Assembly (NCBI GenBank): GCA_033442325.1
Contig: JAWQFM010000006.1
Span: forward strand, 2,087,386-2,151,385
From: Salpingoeca rosetta
Taxonomy: Eukaryota > Protista > Choanoflagellata
Reading direction: 5' to 3'
DNA: 64,000 nt
The notes beneath the pieces were generated by a model. It saw only the letters and a list, made by a program, of their open reading frames with translations, made no database searches and was not told where the DNA came from. Position 1 is the first letter of the stretch; each line of letters begins with the position of its first letter. A program made the position numbers and the translations under genes. This document shows positions 1 through 13,742 of the stretch, piece by piece.

Positions 1-86
1 ATGTGTCTGTGAGTGTGTGCGAGAGATAGACAGATGGGCAGAAAGGGAGACACGCAAAGAGCAAACAATTGCACATGTGTTCTTAC

Positions 87-221
87 GAGCGCGGTGCGTG
101 AGCGTTCCGATTTCGACGTCAATCAGCGACATGGCTGCAATGCTGTCCACATCCTCCCGTTGGCCAAACAGCGCGTGCTTCGTACTCCGCACAATCGTCC
201 GCACCTGGTAATGCCGGTGCA

Positions 222-284
<63 letters not shown>

Positions 285-1004
285 GTATGTGAAGTGCGTT
301 GAGTGTGTATGTGTGTGTGTGTCAGTGAAGTGCAAGGAAGTAATTGTTTGAGTGACACGAACAAAGCAAAAGCGAACAATGCAGTCAATGACTGGCGATG
401 TGCATTTGTGCTGACCCAAAACACGGCGACGGTGACGCCCAGGGCAACGAGAACGGCTTGTGTAATGTCGAGCATGCCACCCATGCCAATCACTGCACCG
501 CGCACGGCAGCAAGGAGGATGTGGATACACATAATGAGGGTCCAGGTCGTTTGATGTCAGCCACAACGCTTCAGCACTCACACAAGCACACAAACACAGC
601 CATCTATGCACACAACTACGACAGCCCCTTCCATCACAACCACACACACACCACCACCACCAGTGCGGTGGGACGCACGGTTGAGGATGTAGTCGGTGGC
701 AGTCGGGGTGGCGGGCAACGCATCTGCGACGGGCAGCTCAAGCACGGGGTGGAAGACAATCACGTTGGAATGGCGTGTTGTGTCTGGTTGGTTGGCCAGA
801 GCAAGCGCAGCCCATGCCGCCTCTGTGTTTGGCTGCACAAACGACGCCAGCGAATGGGGGCCAGAGCCTGATGACGTTGGGTGATGATAGAGATGGTGAG
901 GTGACAACAGTGATTATGGGAGTGGTGAGGATGATGATGGTGGTGGTGATGTGGGAAGATGCATACTTGCTGCAATTCACATGCAAGAACAACCACACCC
1001 ACAA

Positions 1005-1036
<32 letters not shown>

Positions 1037-1083
1037 CTGTGTGTGTGTGTCTGTGTGTGTGTGTGTCTGTGTGTGTGTGTGTG

Positions 1084-1126
<43 letters not shown>

Positions 1127-1258
1127 ATCTCACGTCCAGAGAGGACGGCGATGAGGACTGTGGCGACCATCGACATGACGCCGAGCACAGCGTTGATCAC
1201 GACACCGCGCGACGCAGACCCGCGCAGCAGGTTCTGGTGTGGCGTGTGGTGTGAACGA

Positions 1259-1299
<41 letters not shown>

Positions 1300-4200
1300 G
1301 TGTATGTGTGTGTTGTGTTAGTCGATGAGTGTGTGTGTGTATGTGTGTGTTGTGTTAGTCGATGTGTGACACGCGGCATACATGCAATGTGTGACACACG
1401 GCATACATGCGTTGTACAAGCGATGAGAGCACAACAAAACCACCAGCAAAGGCGACCATGGCACCACACGCAGCGTATCCATCACCGCAATACCACCAAA
1501 GTCACCGCGACCTCACCTGAATGGCGCGGGAATCGTGCTGGCGAGCAGCAACATCAAGCGACCGCGCCACCGAGGACGACGACGACGACGACGGTGATGG
1601 TGATGGTGATGGTGGCACGGCTGATGTGGTTCTGTCTGCAGAGTCGATCTGCCGCATGAGATCAGAGAGCTCGAGACGCCGCATGTCTAGCGACATGACA
1701 GCAACGTAGATGATGACCTGGGGAGTCGACGGAGGCGTGGTGGACGTGGTGGTCGTGGTGGTCGTGGTGGGCGTGGTGGTCGTGGTGGTGGTCGGGGTGG
1801 TCATGGTGGACGTGGTGGTCGTGGTGAGCTGGGGGTGAGCTGGGGGAGAGTAGGGACATGGCACGAAGGTGTGGTGGTCGTTGGGATCGCAACACCACTC
1901 GAGGGAAAGAAGACGAAGGAGAAGCAGAACCACACACTCACACACGAAGGGAGGTCCAACGGGTAACCACAACATGAACAGTGCGAGCAATATGAGACAT
2001 CGCGTGTTGCACGAGCAGCAGCAGCTCCGACCTGGAAGGAGAAGTTACAGAGCATGGCGGCGCAGGCGACGATGCTGAAGTCTTTCAGCTGCGGGATGTG
2101 GCTGAACGCGCCTGCAGGGATGAATAATCGTGGGTGATGGTGGTGGTGATGATGAGAAACGAACGGGAGGGGTGTGTGTAAAATGACATTGATCATGGTG
2201 CACGTAAGAGCACAGCACATACGTACGCGTACACAAGCACACGCACACACACTAGCACACCGAGCATGAGGATAGTTTCCATCTGCATGAGAGACACGGT
2301 CAGCTGCGGTCCGATGTTGCTCAGTCCCTGCAGTCGTGATGGTCACGATGGCGGTGCTCGTGAATTTGTTGCACGCACACACACAAAGGCTTTACTCACA
2401 CACGCACACACACACATATACACATACGCACACACACACACGCACACACACACGCGCGCACACACACTCGCTCACGCAAAGACACGCACACACACACACA
2501 CATACACGCACACACACACATGAGAGGAGATGAACGCACGTGGGCGATGCGGAATCGAACGGCGACGGTCGGGGGCGCGCTGACGACGGAGGAGGTGATG
2601 GCGGTGATGTTGTCCAGGCCAATCACCATCACCAGGAACGGAATCACCTCAAACGCTGCAGTCAACAGGTTGGTTGGTGTGGATAACGTGAAGCATAAGC
2701 GTGTGATGGATGGTAGGAGTGCGTTCCAAGGTGGTGCACGCATGCAGACATGTGTGCGCGTGTGTAAATGCATGTGATCAAGCACCTTGAAAGTTCTTGA
2801 CGAGATCAAAGTATGTGCAGACGCCAACAGCGGAGGTGACACTCGCAGTCATGATGCTCACGGCCGTCAGCGTCAATCCGGCACGCGACTGGCAGTGGTG
2901 TCATCATGATGCAATCAAATGCAGGCGTCGGGATGTGGGCGCCGTGTGTGTTTGCAAGGTATCGTGACAGACACACAGGGGTACTTGACAGTCACACAAA
3001 GCTGGCACCATTTATAGGTGTGTGTGTGGGTGTGTGCATGTGTGTGCTTGTGTATGTGCGCATGTGTGCATGTGCAGTACGCACCATGACAGCCTCGACT
3101 TTGCTGACGCTGTTGATCATGTAGAGGAGGAGAACAATGTACGCGACCACCAACAGCCCACGCTCAACCGTCTGCCACGCACAAGCAGCAGCAAAAGGCG
3201 AGCAGTTCGTAAAGGTGCACGTGTGTGAGTGTGAGTGCGAGACAGAGTGAGAGGGGGTGTGAGAAGGAGACTGCAGACATAGTGAAACGCAATGCAAAGG
3301 CAGCACCAGCATCCTCAATGCCAACAGCCAGAACAAGCACACCGTACGCTGAGAGATCGCCGCTCGTATGCGAGGCGTGTAGTGACGCCGGGGCGCGGGG
3401 TCGTGTCTGCAATGACGTCTGCAAAGCGCTGAAGGACCGACTGCAACAGCTGCTGTTGGAGCGACTCCGATGTGGTGCTGGGAATTTGATGTGTGCATGT
3501 GTGTGTGCGGTTGTGCGATTGTGTGTAAATGTTGCACATGCAATTGTGTGTGTGCGTGCGAGTGTGTGTGTGTGCGAGTGTGTGCGAGTGTGTGTATGTA
3601 TGTGTGTGTGCGCGCGAGTGTGAGTGTGTGTGAGGAGTGAGTGCATACGTGAGAGCACCGGCACGTCGCATGTGTGAGAAACAAGAGCGCATCTTTCCAC
3701 GAATTGCAAACGCAATAGCACATGTACACATATGCATGCAAACACATGCACAAGCATGCACCTGTTGTGCAAGATGAGGGAAACAACGAGTGCATCGCAG
3801 TGGAGATGGGAGCGCTGCCGCTTGCAGTTCTTTCCCGCCAAATCTGTGATGGTGCACGTGTTGGTTGCGTGTGACGAATGAACAAGCCTCATGCCAGTGA
3901 CGCATGAATGCGGCAGCATGAACCTTAACCATCAAACAAAACACACACACACACACAGCACGCTTGCATTACCTGGTGTCGGGGTGAACGGGAAGCGGGC
4001 GTCACCGGCGCGAAGTGAAAGCGTAATGGGCGATGACATCAGATCCATACCAGGCCACGTGTGTGCGGCTGTGGCAGAGCCAGGAGTTGTGTACACGGGA
4101 TGCATGTGCGGGTGCAAGACGACGCATTCGTTGGCCGCTTCGTCCCGGACACACTCGCGCTGCCACTGCTCATATGCCTCCGTGTTGCTGTGCTGGAGCT

Positions 4201-5364
4201 CGCTTTGTAGGAAGCTGCAGCAGGAAGAAGGGCACGTGTGTGCAGTGTGTGTGTGATTGTGTGTGTGTGTGTGTGCGTGCGTGCGTGTGCGTGTGCGTGT
4301 GCGCGTGCGTGTGTGTGTGCATGTGTGTGCATGTGTGTGTGAACACACAGTCGCTGCAAGAAGTTCAAGTGCACACAACAGGCCGAACAGACACACACGC
4401 ACGCATACACGCACACACGCACACACGCACGCACGCACACACGCACACACGCACACACGCACGCACACACGCACACACGCGCCGTACGTTGGGAGGTCCT
4501 TGGCTGCGAGGCGCAGTGTCTTCGCGGCTATTGCATTCTCTGCATCTGGGACGGTGATATGAAACTGCATGACCTCCAAAGCGGAAAGCGTGCCCTCGTT
4601 GACCCACGATGGTGGTGCGTCCAAGTGGATGGCGCCAGGATGGGCTGGATCCGCCACAGGCTCGTGCCACACCTCCGCCCTACGGAGTGGGGACAAGAGT
4701 GGTCAACAGCGGAGGCATCGATTCAGCTGGTGCATATTGGCACGCGCACACGCACACGCATAGACGTAGGTGTGCACACACGCATGTGTACAGAGAGATT
4801 CACACAGCCACTTGTACACACTTGCACACACGCACACACACGCACGCACATCCACACACGTACACACTCATCCACACACATACACACACTATAAACACAT
4901 TCACACACACACACACACACACATGCATGCCTCGCATCACGACCTACCGCCATGCAGGCCATGCGCCTTGCAAGGATGGAATGGCAGGAAGACTGCATCC
5001 ACCACAACCAGGACAAGCAGACCGACGGGGTGAGGGGGATAATTGAGGCACAGGCAAGGGGGCGTAGATTGACGTATGAGGCTCCACCCGCTGCACACAC
5101 ATCTCCACACGCTCACACCTCATTAACAAGGCGGCGATTGTCGCTGTTGTGATGACTTGAAAGGGGCTAGATGCACATTGAAGCCCGTGCCTGTGTATGA
5201 AGTGAAAACAGGCGTGAGCACGCAGAGAGATGTGATCACAGCGGCGACGAGAAGGCGTGCACGCCCCCCTACACACACGCACACGCACACGCACACACTC
5301 ACCAGTAGAAGGCATAGGCCACTTGTTGCTTGGCCTTGCTCCAAGCGCTGGCAACCCTAGACAT
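87..5364 (-). CDS. SCAP: SREBP cleavage-activating protein (sterol-sensing domain), multi-exon, 3'-partial; WD40 region expected beyond the left edge
   Basis: ATG at 5364. Exon 1 (5303-5364) plus exon 2 (from 5190) give [21 protein letters not shown]|[10 protein letters not shown], versus human ISRAFYNHGLLCASYP. SSD exons read [93 protein letters not shown] and [12 protein letters not shown]...FQ|[20 protein letters not shown] (human ...VLSIDIRRMELADL). The junctions I checked are GT-AG and phase-compatible. Confidence 0.93.
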
Positions 5365-5734
5365 GACCACCCTTCTTCACGACCCCTCACCACCTAGCAA
5401 CCAACCACCACCTCCTGTCAACCACGCCCTTCCTTCCTTCCTTCCTTCCTTCCTGGCTTGTAGGTTTGTAGGCTTGCTTCTTGTTGGCGTGTCTGAGGTG
5501 TGTGACCGTTGTGTGCGTGTGAGTGTTTGTGACCTTGTCATCACCATCGCATCATCATCAGCGGCGCCGTTTTTTTCTTTTTCTTCTGTTGACGAACGAA
5601 ATCACCAGCGAACACAACACAAGCAGTGGCGGTTGTCGTTCGCAGATACACTCGCTCTCTCACCCCCCCCCCCTCCCTTCTCTCTCCTTCACTCTCTCTC
5701 ACGCTCTCACGCTCCCCCCCCCCCGCTCAGAGAG

Positions 5735-6950
5735 ATGGAGGAGAAGGTGTGCGGGGTGTGCCGGCGGCAGTTTGCTGCGTACCGGTGCCCAAAGTGCGGG
5801 CTGCCGTACTGCTCTCTGGAGTGCTACCGCGGCGAAGGCCACGTGGAGTGCTCGGAACACTTCTACAAGGACCAGGTCATGACCAGCCTCACGGAGCAGC
5901 GCGCATCCAAGGAAGAGCGGCAGCAGATGCGCGACATCCTCGTTCGCCTCCGCGACGGCGATCAACCTCTCGACACCATCCTCACCGGTGATGAAGAAAT
6001 AAATGATGATGGGAACGACGACGACGACTTTGATGAAGGCGAAGGCGGCAGTGACGCGCTGGACCAGCTGCGAGACCTGGTGGAGGCCGCGGGTGACCTC
6101 GACCTCAACGACCCAGACACCTGCGAGCAGCTGTGGGAGGCGCTCACCCCGGAGCAGCGGGCCCTGTTTGAGGAGCAGCTGCAGAGCGGGCTGCTTGGCT
6201 CCAGCCTCGACGTGTGGCAGCCCTGGTGGCAGCACGTGCCAGAGACCTTGCAGAGCTTCCAGCTCATCCAAGACGCAGCCACGCAGCTCCTGGACATTGC
6301 AGTCATTCCATCCGTCCCCCTCACCCTCAGACAGCTGGCAGAGGAGAGCAAGCTGCAACCAATCTCGCAGGTGCTCAAGGGAAAGCAGCCCGCGGCGCAG
6401 GTTGTGTACAACATGCTCAACGTCCTCCTTGCGTATGCACACAGCCTGCGCACGTACAACGGCGACACCGCAACACACACCGTCGACATTGTTGCCACCA
6501 TGCTGGAGACAAGCATTGTGCTATCGCAGGCGGCCGCCGTGTGCAACACTGCAGCTGAGGCTGTGACGCACATCAGCATGGAGCTCCTGCAAGCACAAGA
6601 CAGCACCACAGCGATACCAACCGCCCACTCCTCCTCCTCCTCCTCAACCACGCAACACCAACGCCAACAAAACCACCAACGACGGAAACCAGAAACGCCA
6701 CGCGCACAGGCGCCCCTTGCACCGACGTCGCTTGAAGCGCGAACGGCAGCACACGCGCAAGCGGTCTCCCTCTGCTGCAGTGATACTGTTCACATCTTGC
6801 GCCACCCATGCACGGTGTTGGCGGCACTTGTGCACGCGCTGCTGTTGTTTGACACTGTCATTGCTTCCCGAGACAAGCACAAGCACTCACCCAGCAGCAG
6901 CAGCAGTGGTGGTGGTGACAGTGGCGTTGGTGAAAGGCGCGGCACACAGC

Positions 6951-6993
<43 letters not shown>

Positions 6994-6995
6994 CC

Positions 6996-7029
<34 letters not shown>

Positions 7030-7621
7030 GCAGCACATGTCAGACAACGCTCACACGACACGGAAGACACCTAGCACGATAGCGACACCGCCAAGGGAGA
7101 GCGAACGTGAGAGGGCAGTGCTCCCAGTGCCTTCAGCTGCACCGCGTGCGCTCGTTCGCAGTGCGCGGCGGGCGCGGCGGAAGCTGTGGTTCCTCTCCTG
7201 CTGGTGGATGGACGTGGTAGCTGGCGTGGAGAAGGGCAAGGGCCTGGCGTATGTGAAGGAAACGCTCACCGCGCTCAGCGATGCTGTTACAGTTGCTGGC
7301 AACGAGGCTGTTGGGCGTACGAGTGGTGCAGATGGTAGTGTTGGTGGTGGTGATATCGTGATTGGCAACAGCGATGGTGGTATACTGAGCGGAACGCAGC
7401 CGGGACCAACACCTGCAACGACAACACCATCCTCTTCATCATCGTCACAAACACGTGGACCAACGTCACTGGAGCAGCGTCAAGTACTGCCGACATCGCT
7501 CGCATCGACACTCAGGAGCGCGACAGCAGCGACAGCGGACGAGGCGGAGGCGGAGAGGAGGAGAAGCGGGACTGGTGGTGATGACGAACACAGGAAGCAA
7601 CCGCTCATCCAGGAACTCTAA
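5735..7621 (+). CDS. ZNHIT2: Zinc finger HIT domain protein 2 (R2TP/U5 snRNP assembly cofactor), single-exon CDS
   Basis: ATG 5735 is in frame with ORF 5330..7621. N-terminal zf-HIT CGVC...YRCPKCGLPYCSLECYR...HVECSEHFYKDQV. Family motifs LWEALTPEQRALF, WQPWW and KLWFLSCW. C-terminus PLIQEL. Poly-Q insert at about 6948-7035. Confidence 0.88.
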
Positions 7622-7624
7622 AGT

Positions 7625-7682
<58 letters not shown>

Positions 7683-7904
7683 CATCTGCCTACGTGCAGA
7701 GGCGTGTGTGTATCTTTGTGTGTGCGCCCTTGTTCTACTCTTCTTGACTGAACATGTGCAGTTCTTTGCGTGTTCGCGCCACGTCATAACACACCGTCAC
7801 CAGCAATAGACAAGCCTAGGTTCAGTCAACGTTTACTTCTAATCAAAAAGGGGGGCGCCACATTGGGGGTTGTTGCATAACTGGTCCCTTGCCATCGTAT
7901 CACA

Positions 7905-10845
7905 TCACTGCACATCCACAACCCTGCCTGCATCATCGTCATCACCACGCCGACGCTTTCCCATGCCATCACCACCACCTGCTTTCTCAACACGAGCGTG
8001 GTTGCGCCCCACTCCTCCTCCTCGTAACTTCTTCTTCTGTGACTTGAATTGCGCAAAGCTGTTGCCCCACTCGTCCCTCTGCTGCTGCTGATCACGAACG
8101 ACACCACCACCACCATCACCACCATCAACATCACCACCACCACCATCACCACCACCATCACCACCACCACCACGGTCGTGGATTGGTGCTCTCTGCTTCG
8201 CTCCAAAGCCGCGCGCAACAGGCTTCTCCCCTTCGTCGTCGCGTCGCTCGTCACCATCCACTTCATCGTGGCTTCGCTGCACTCCAGCACCCTGCCCGCC
8301 CCTCTGCCCCACATCTCCATCAACACCACCATCTGCACCACCATCAACACCAGCAGCAAACACTGCTTTCTTCATACCCACACGCTCTCGCCACCCCTGC
8401 TGCTGCTGCTGATCTTGCTGTTGTTCTTGATGATGTTGTTGTTGTTCGCCATGTTGTTGTTGTTGTTGTTGTTGCTGCTGCTGGTGGTGTTGCGCGTGTC
8501 TGCTGTCACCACCATCGTCGATGACATCACGACGACGTACCACGAACGGCCTCCCATCACCACCAGCACCGCCACCACCAGCATCAAAGTCGCCACCATC
8601 ACCGTGGACACGATCAGGGCGCGGCTGTTGCTTGTCCATGCGAGCGTCCTTCTCTTCTTCGTCTCTTGGCACGAATGCCACTCGATCATTCTCTTCCTGT
8701 CCTTGATACCCCTGCTTCTGATGCTGATGATCCTGTTGTTGTTGCTGATACTGCTCTTGTTGTTGCTGTTGTTGTTGCTGATACTGCTGTTCTTGTTGCT
8801 GTTCTTGTTGCTGTTCTTGTTGCTGTTCTTCCTCCTCCTCATGCTGTTCCTTCTGTTCCCGCTGTTCCCACTCCTGCTGTTGTTCCCACTCCTGCTGCTG
8901 CTGTTGTTCATGAGCGCTTCGTTCAGCTGCTTGCTCCTCCTCACTGTCGCCATCAACGACAGCAGTGTTGTCGCTGGCGGCTTTCCCGTCCCCATCCACC
9001 CTCTGTCGTCCTTCCTCCTCCTCTTCTCCTTCTTCCTCGTGCGCGGGGACGGGTGTCGCAGTTGTCTGTTGCCCACCACCATCACCGTCACCACCACCAT
9101 CACCGTCACCACCACCACCGCCATCACCTTCCGGCTGCTCCTTCGCCTCACTGACGTGCTTGTTCCTGTCGACTTGGTTCTCGTCTGCCTGCTGCTGCCA
9201 TTCCTCCCCTTGCTCCTGGTCTCCCTCCTCAGCATCGACGTCTTCACCGACCTGCCCGTCTCTCCACTCCCTGTCCGTTTTTCCTCCATCAACACCACCA
9301 CCTTCTCCTCCTTGTTCTCCTTCTCCTCCTTGTTTTCCTTCTCCCCCTTGCTCTTCATCGTATCCCCGTTCAGCCTGTTTTTCGTCTCCTTCCTCTTCAA
9401 ACTCCTCTTCTTCCTTCCCACCAGCCCCATACCCTTGCACCTCTTCCTGTTGCTCCCGATGCTCCTCCTCCTCCTCCCTACTCTTCACCTGCTTCTCCAC
9501 ACCCTCCACACCCTCCACACCCTCCACACCCCCTTCGCCTCCGTCGTGCTGGTCGCGCCGTGCCCTAAGCGCCGCCACCGCCGTCTTCAGCGTGTGCGCA
9601 ACATCCAACGCCTCCACCAGCGCCCCTGCAGACACGATGCACACACATATACACACGTCAGCCATGGCATGACATGAAGTTGAACAAAAAAAAAAAAAAG
9701 GTTGAGTTGAAACCCACACAGTGGAATCACCACACAGCGCGTAATCACCATGGCACAGCTCCCCATACAGAGCTGGAGGACACGCCACGTACGTGATTTG
9801 GAGTCGATTTTGGCCTGCAAGACAGCCATATCCTCCTTGCACGCCTCCCACCCCATCACGGCGCGGTGCAAGCTGTCGGTGGCCTTGGTCAACTTGGCCT
9901 TGCAAGAGCCACTGTCACTGCGATCCTTGCGGTCCTGGTCTGCTGCTGCCTGCTCCTCTTCCTCCTGTTCTTGTTCGCGCTGTCGCTTGTCGCGCTGGCG
10001 TTTGTTTCGTTCGTGCAAAGCATCCTCCCACTCCTGCTGCACGGATGCAAGTTCTTCCTGCATGCGCGCAGCCTTCTCGCGCTCTGCTCGCAGCTGCTGC
10101 TTCGTTTCGTCCAGCTCATCTCGCAGGCTGCGTGCCTGTGTTCGGTGTTCCTGCAGCTGCTTGTCGTAGGTGGTTAGCTGCGCTTTCATTTGTGCCAGCT
10201 CGTGCTCAAGCTGGGACGTCGTGTTGGTGCACGTCCTCAACATAGCTGCCGAGTGCCTCGCCTCCAGCTTGGCCACTTGCGCTTGGGTCTCCAGTTGTCG
10301 CTGCCGCTGCTTGGTGCTGGTTTCGCACAGCTGCAACTGCTCCTTGTGGGAGGCGCGGGCATGCTCCAGTTCCTGTCGCATGGAGCGCATCTGCAGCTCA
10401 GCCCACTGCTTTGTCGCGTTTGCATCATGCAGACGCACCTGCAACACATCCACCTGTCTGCGCCGGCGAGCGATCCCTTTGATGCCAACACAATACACCA
10501 AGCATGCATGCATACCCCACGCAGTGAGATGGACGCATGCCAGTCATTCATCCACGCTTCAGCTTGTCCACACTGCCACTGACAGTGTGTGTGGCACACG
10601 CCAGCACGTGCAAACTTGATGTGGTATACCCGCGACACACACGCCCGCACACAACACACACAACACACACACACACACACACATGCCCACTCACAACACA
10701 CAACACACAACACACACACAGCCAACATGGAGCCCCATCCAGCAGCTGCTTCCTTACCTCTGTATGTGCTCACTGTGACGAGCAGAAGCAGGCACACCAC
10801 CACCGCCACGCCACTTCCTGCAGCCAAACGTTGGTTGAAGCGCAT
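7905..10845 (-). CDS. Type II membrane protein: signal anchor, long coiled coil, acidic/Gln-rich tail (GOLM1/GOLIM4-like architecture)
   Basis: Three phase-compatible exons: 10758-10845 (MRFNQR + hydrophobic VAVVVCLLLLVTVS), 9793-10476 (heptad-rich coiled coil) and 7905-9625 (E/Q/D/G-rich, TGA at 7905-7907). The family call is by architecture only. Confidence 0.7.
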
Positions 10846-11192
10846 CGTTGCTGTCTCGGTTGGCTGTCTCAGTTTGGGCGATTGGCGAATGTTTTCCACA
10901 CATTTTCCGCAACCGCTCCACCGCATACCAAACAAAACAGCGAGCGAGAGAGGTGTGCTGTTGGCGTGTGTGTGTGAAGAGAGGCTGCGGGTGTGACTGT
11001 GAATCCTGCGGCTGTGAAGTTGCAACGAGGCTGTGTGGCCTGCGGGCTGTGACGAAGATCCCGAGCAAAGGGAAGATACAGCTGCGTGTGTGTTTGTACT
11101 TGAGTGTGGGTGCGTGAGTTTGTGTGTGTGTGTGTGCTTTTGCTTGGTTGGCGATTTGTGGGAGCCGTTGGAAGCCGCCAACGAGAACCACG

Positions 11193-12439
11193 ATGGCGGA
11201 GCGCAAGTGTCGCGTGCAGATGCTTGATGGGTCATACCGCACCCTCAACATCCAGGTAACAAGGGCTGCAGATGTGACTTGTGTGCATGGGTGTGTTTGT
11301 GATTGTGTGTGCGTATGTGTGTGGTGTAAACTTGTGTGTGTGTGTGCGTGTGCGTGAGTGTGTGATTGTGTGGTGTAAACTTGTGCATGTGGTGTGGATG
11401 GTGTGCATGCGCGGCCGGTGATTGTGTCATTACTATTGCACTCCTTGGCATCAAACGGATATTCTCACGTGATTCTGTGCGTCTGTGTTTGGTATTCAGC
11501 ACAACTTGCATGGGTCAGAGCTGTTTGACCTGATCGCATCACAGTACTCCTTGCAAGAGAAGCAGTACTTTGGCCTGTACTACACCGATCCAGAGAGTGG
11601 CCTCAACATTTGGCTGGACCTCAAGTCCAAAGTCCTGGATCAAGTACCAAAAGCCAAGTCGACGCTGCAGCTCACCTTTGCCATCAAGTACGCAACGGCT
11701 GCTGTGATGTCACGCAGAGCAGCAGCACCATCGTATGAGCGCAGTGCACTTGAGCCGCAACCAACTCACCATGTACCGTGTGTGTGTCTGTGGGTATCTT
11801 GGGTATCTGTGTGAATGCGTGTGTGTGTGTCTGTGTCTGTGTCTGTGTCTGTGTGTTTGTGTGTCTCTGTGTCTGTGTGTGTGTGTGTGTGTGTCTGCGT
11901 CTGTGTGTTTGTGCCTGTCTCTCCGTGTGCTGTCTGCCTGTCTGTCTGTACCTGTGTTTGTTGCCAGGGTGTACACCGATGCCATCACCCAGGTGAAGAA
12001 TTTGACAACACAGAAGTTGTTCTTCCAACAAGTGCTGCGGCTCATCTCCACAGGCAATTTGTCGTGCGAGAGCGATGTTGCATTCACGCTGGCCGCCATC
12101 GCCCTGCAGGTGCGCGAACACACGCACACACACGCACACACACGCACACACAACACAACAAGAATGCACGCACGCAAGAATGCACACACAACCAAACACA
12201 AGAGTGCGCACGAACAAACACACACGCACGAGTGCACACACGCACTTGTTCACTCTTGTGCCATGTCTTGCCGTTGTATCCGTGCGGTGGTCGCCGTTGG
12301 CCGCGAGCACTCACATGGAGGCGTCTCGTGCCTGCAGGCAATTGAGGGCGATTTCATCTCGGAATCCGCAACCCGTCACCATCTCGATGCCAAGAAACTC
12401 ATCCCAGACGAGGTACAGCCATGACCGCTTGTGTCTGTC

Positions 12440-12484
<45 letters not shown>

Positions 12485-13562
12485 GCGTGTGTGTGTGTGT
12501 GTGTTGTCTCACCCTCCTCGTGACTCTCCTCATATGCGCGTCCTCCTATTGTCCAACCTTCATTTCACCCCCTCACCCACTCGCACATGCAACCAAACAC
12601 GCCCACGGACGTCGTGCATTCTGCAGGTTCTCGTTGCGCAGGGCTCATCGCTGGAGACGTGTGCGTCCAAGGTCTCCGCGGAGTACAAGACACTGAAAGG
12701 GATGGATGACTCTAGCGCTGTGCTCACCTTCATGACCATCGCACAGACCCTCCCCCAGTATGGCATGCACTTCTTTGACGTCAAAGACAAGAGCGGTGTT
12801 CCCTGGCGTCTGGGCGTCTCTCCTCGTGGCATCAGCCAGTTTTACTTCTCAAACCCAAACTCCCCGAGACAGGTGCGCTGCCATGTGTGCGTGTAATTGT
12901 ATGTACATGTGAATATGTGCGTCTGTCTGTGTGTTTGTGTGTTTGTGTGTTTGTGTCTGTGTGTGTGTGAATATGTGCGTCTGTCTGTGTGTGTGTGTGT
13001 CTGTCTGTCTGTCTGTCTGTCTGTTGTCTGTTTGTGTCCATCTCTTTGCTTTGCCGCTGTGTTGTACCCAATACGCTGCTTCCTGATATTCGTTTCCTGC
13101 TTGCCCCCATTCGCCATCGCCCATGCACGCAGGTGTACACGTGGGATGCCGTGCACAATGTCACCAACTCCAAGTCCAAGTTTGTCATTGAGCTGCTCCC
13201 TTCACAGGTGCTGCTCGCTTGCCAGGGTGTATAGTGCATAATTCATCGAGTATCGCCCATCATTTGCCATCACACACACACACGTACACAAACACACACA
13301 CGCTCACACACACGCACACACACACGCACACGTACACGTACACACACACACACACAACGGTGTCCTCGGACTTCAACACCACAATCATCACCACCACCAC
13401 CACCATCACCATCAGGCCGCGTCCCCCGCGCCGCTGCCGTCGCGGTCGACGTCGTTGAGTTTAAGCGGCGGCTCCACCGGTTCGCAGCACTCCGGCCGTC
13501 GCATCACCCTCCTCAAGAGGTACGCACAATGTGTGCTGTCGTGGCTGTGCTCTCGACTGTTT

Positions 13563-13626
<64 letters not shown>

Positions 13627-13711
13627 TGTAGTGTAGTGTAGTGTAGTGTGTGCGTGTGTGTTGTGTTGTGTAGTGTAGTGTAGTGTGTGTGTGTGTGTTG
13701 TGTAGTGTGTT

Positions 13712-13742
<31 letters not shown>

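Noticed and set aside
5330-5734. 135-codon N-terminal extension of the ZNHIT2 ORF
   Set aside because: Starts at TTG, overlaps SCAP exon 1 and the promoter. The zf-HIT begins right after ATG 5735, as in orthologs.
8049-9677. 542-aa Leu-rich 'membrane protein' ORF on the plus strand
   Set aside because: Antisense shadow of the Glu/Gln-rich minus-strand exon (CAG/GAG codons read as CTG/CTC).
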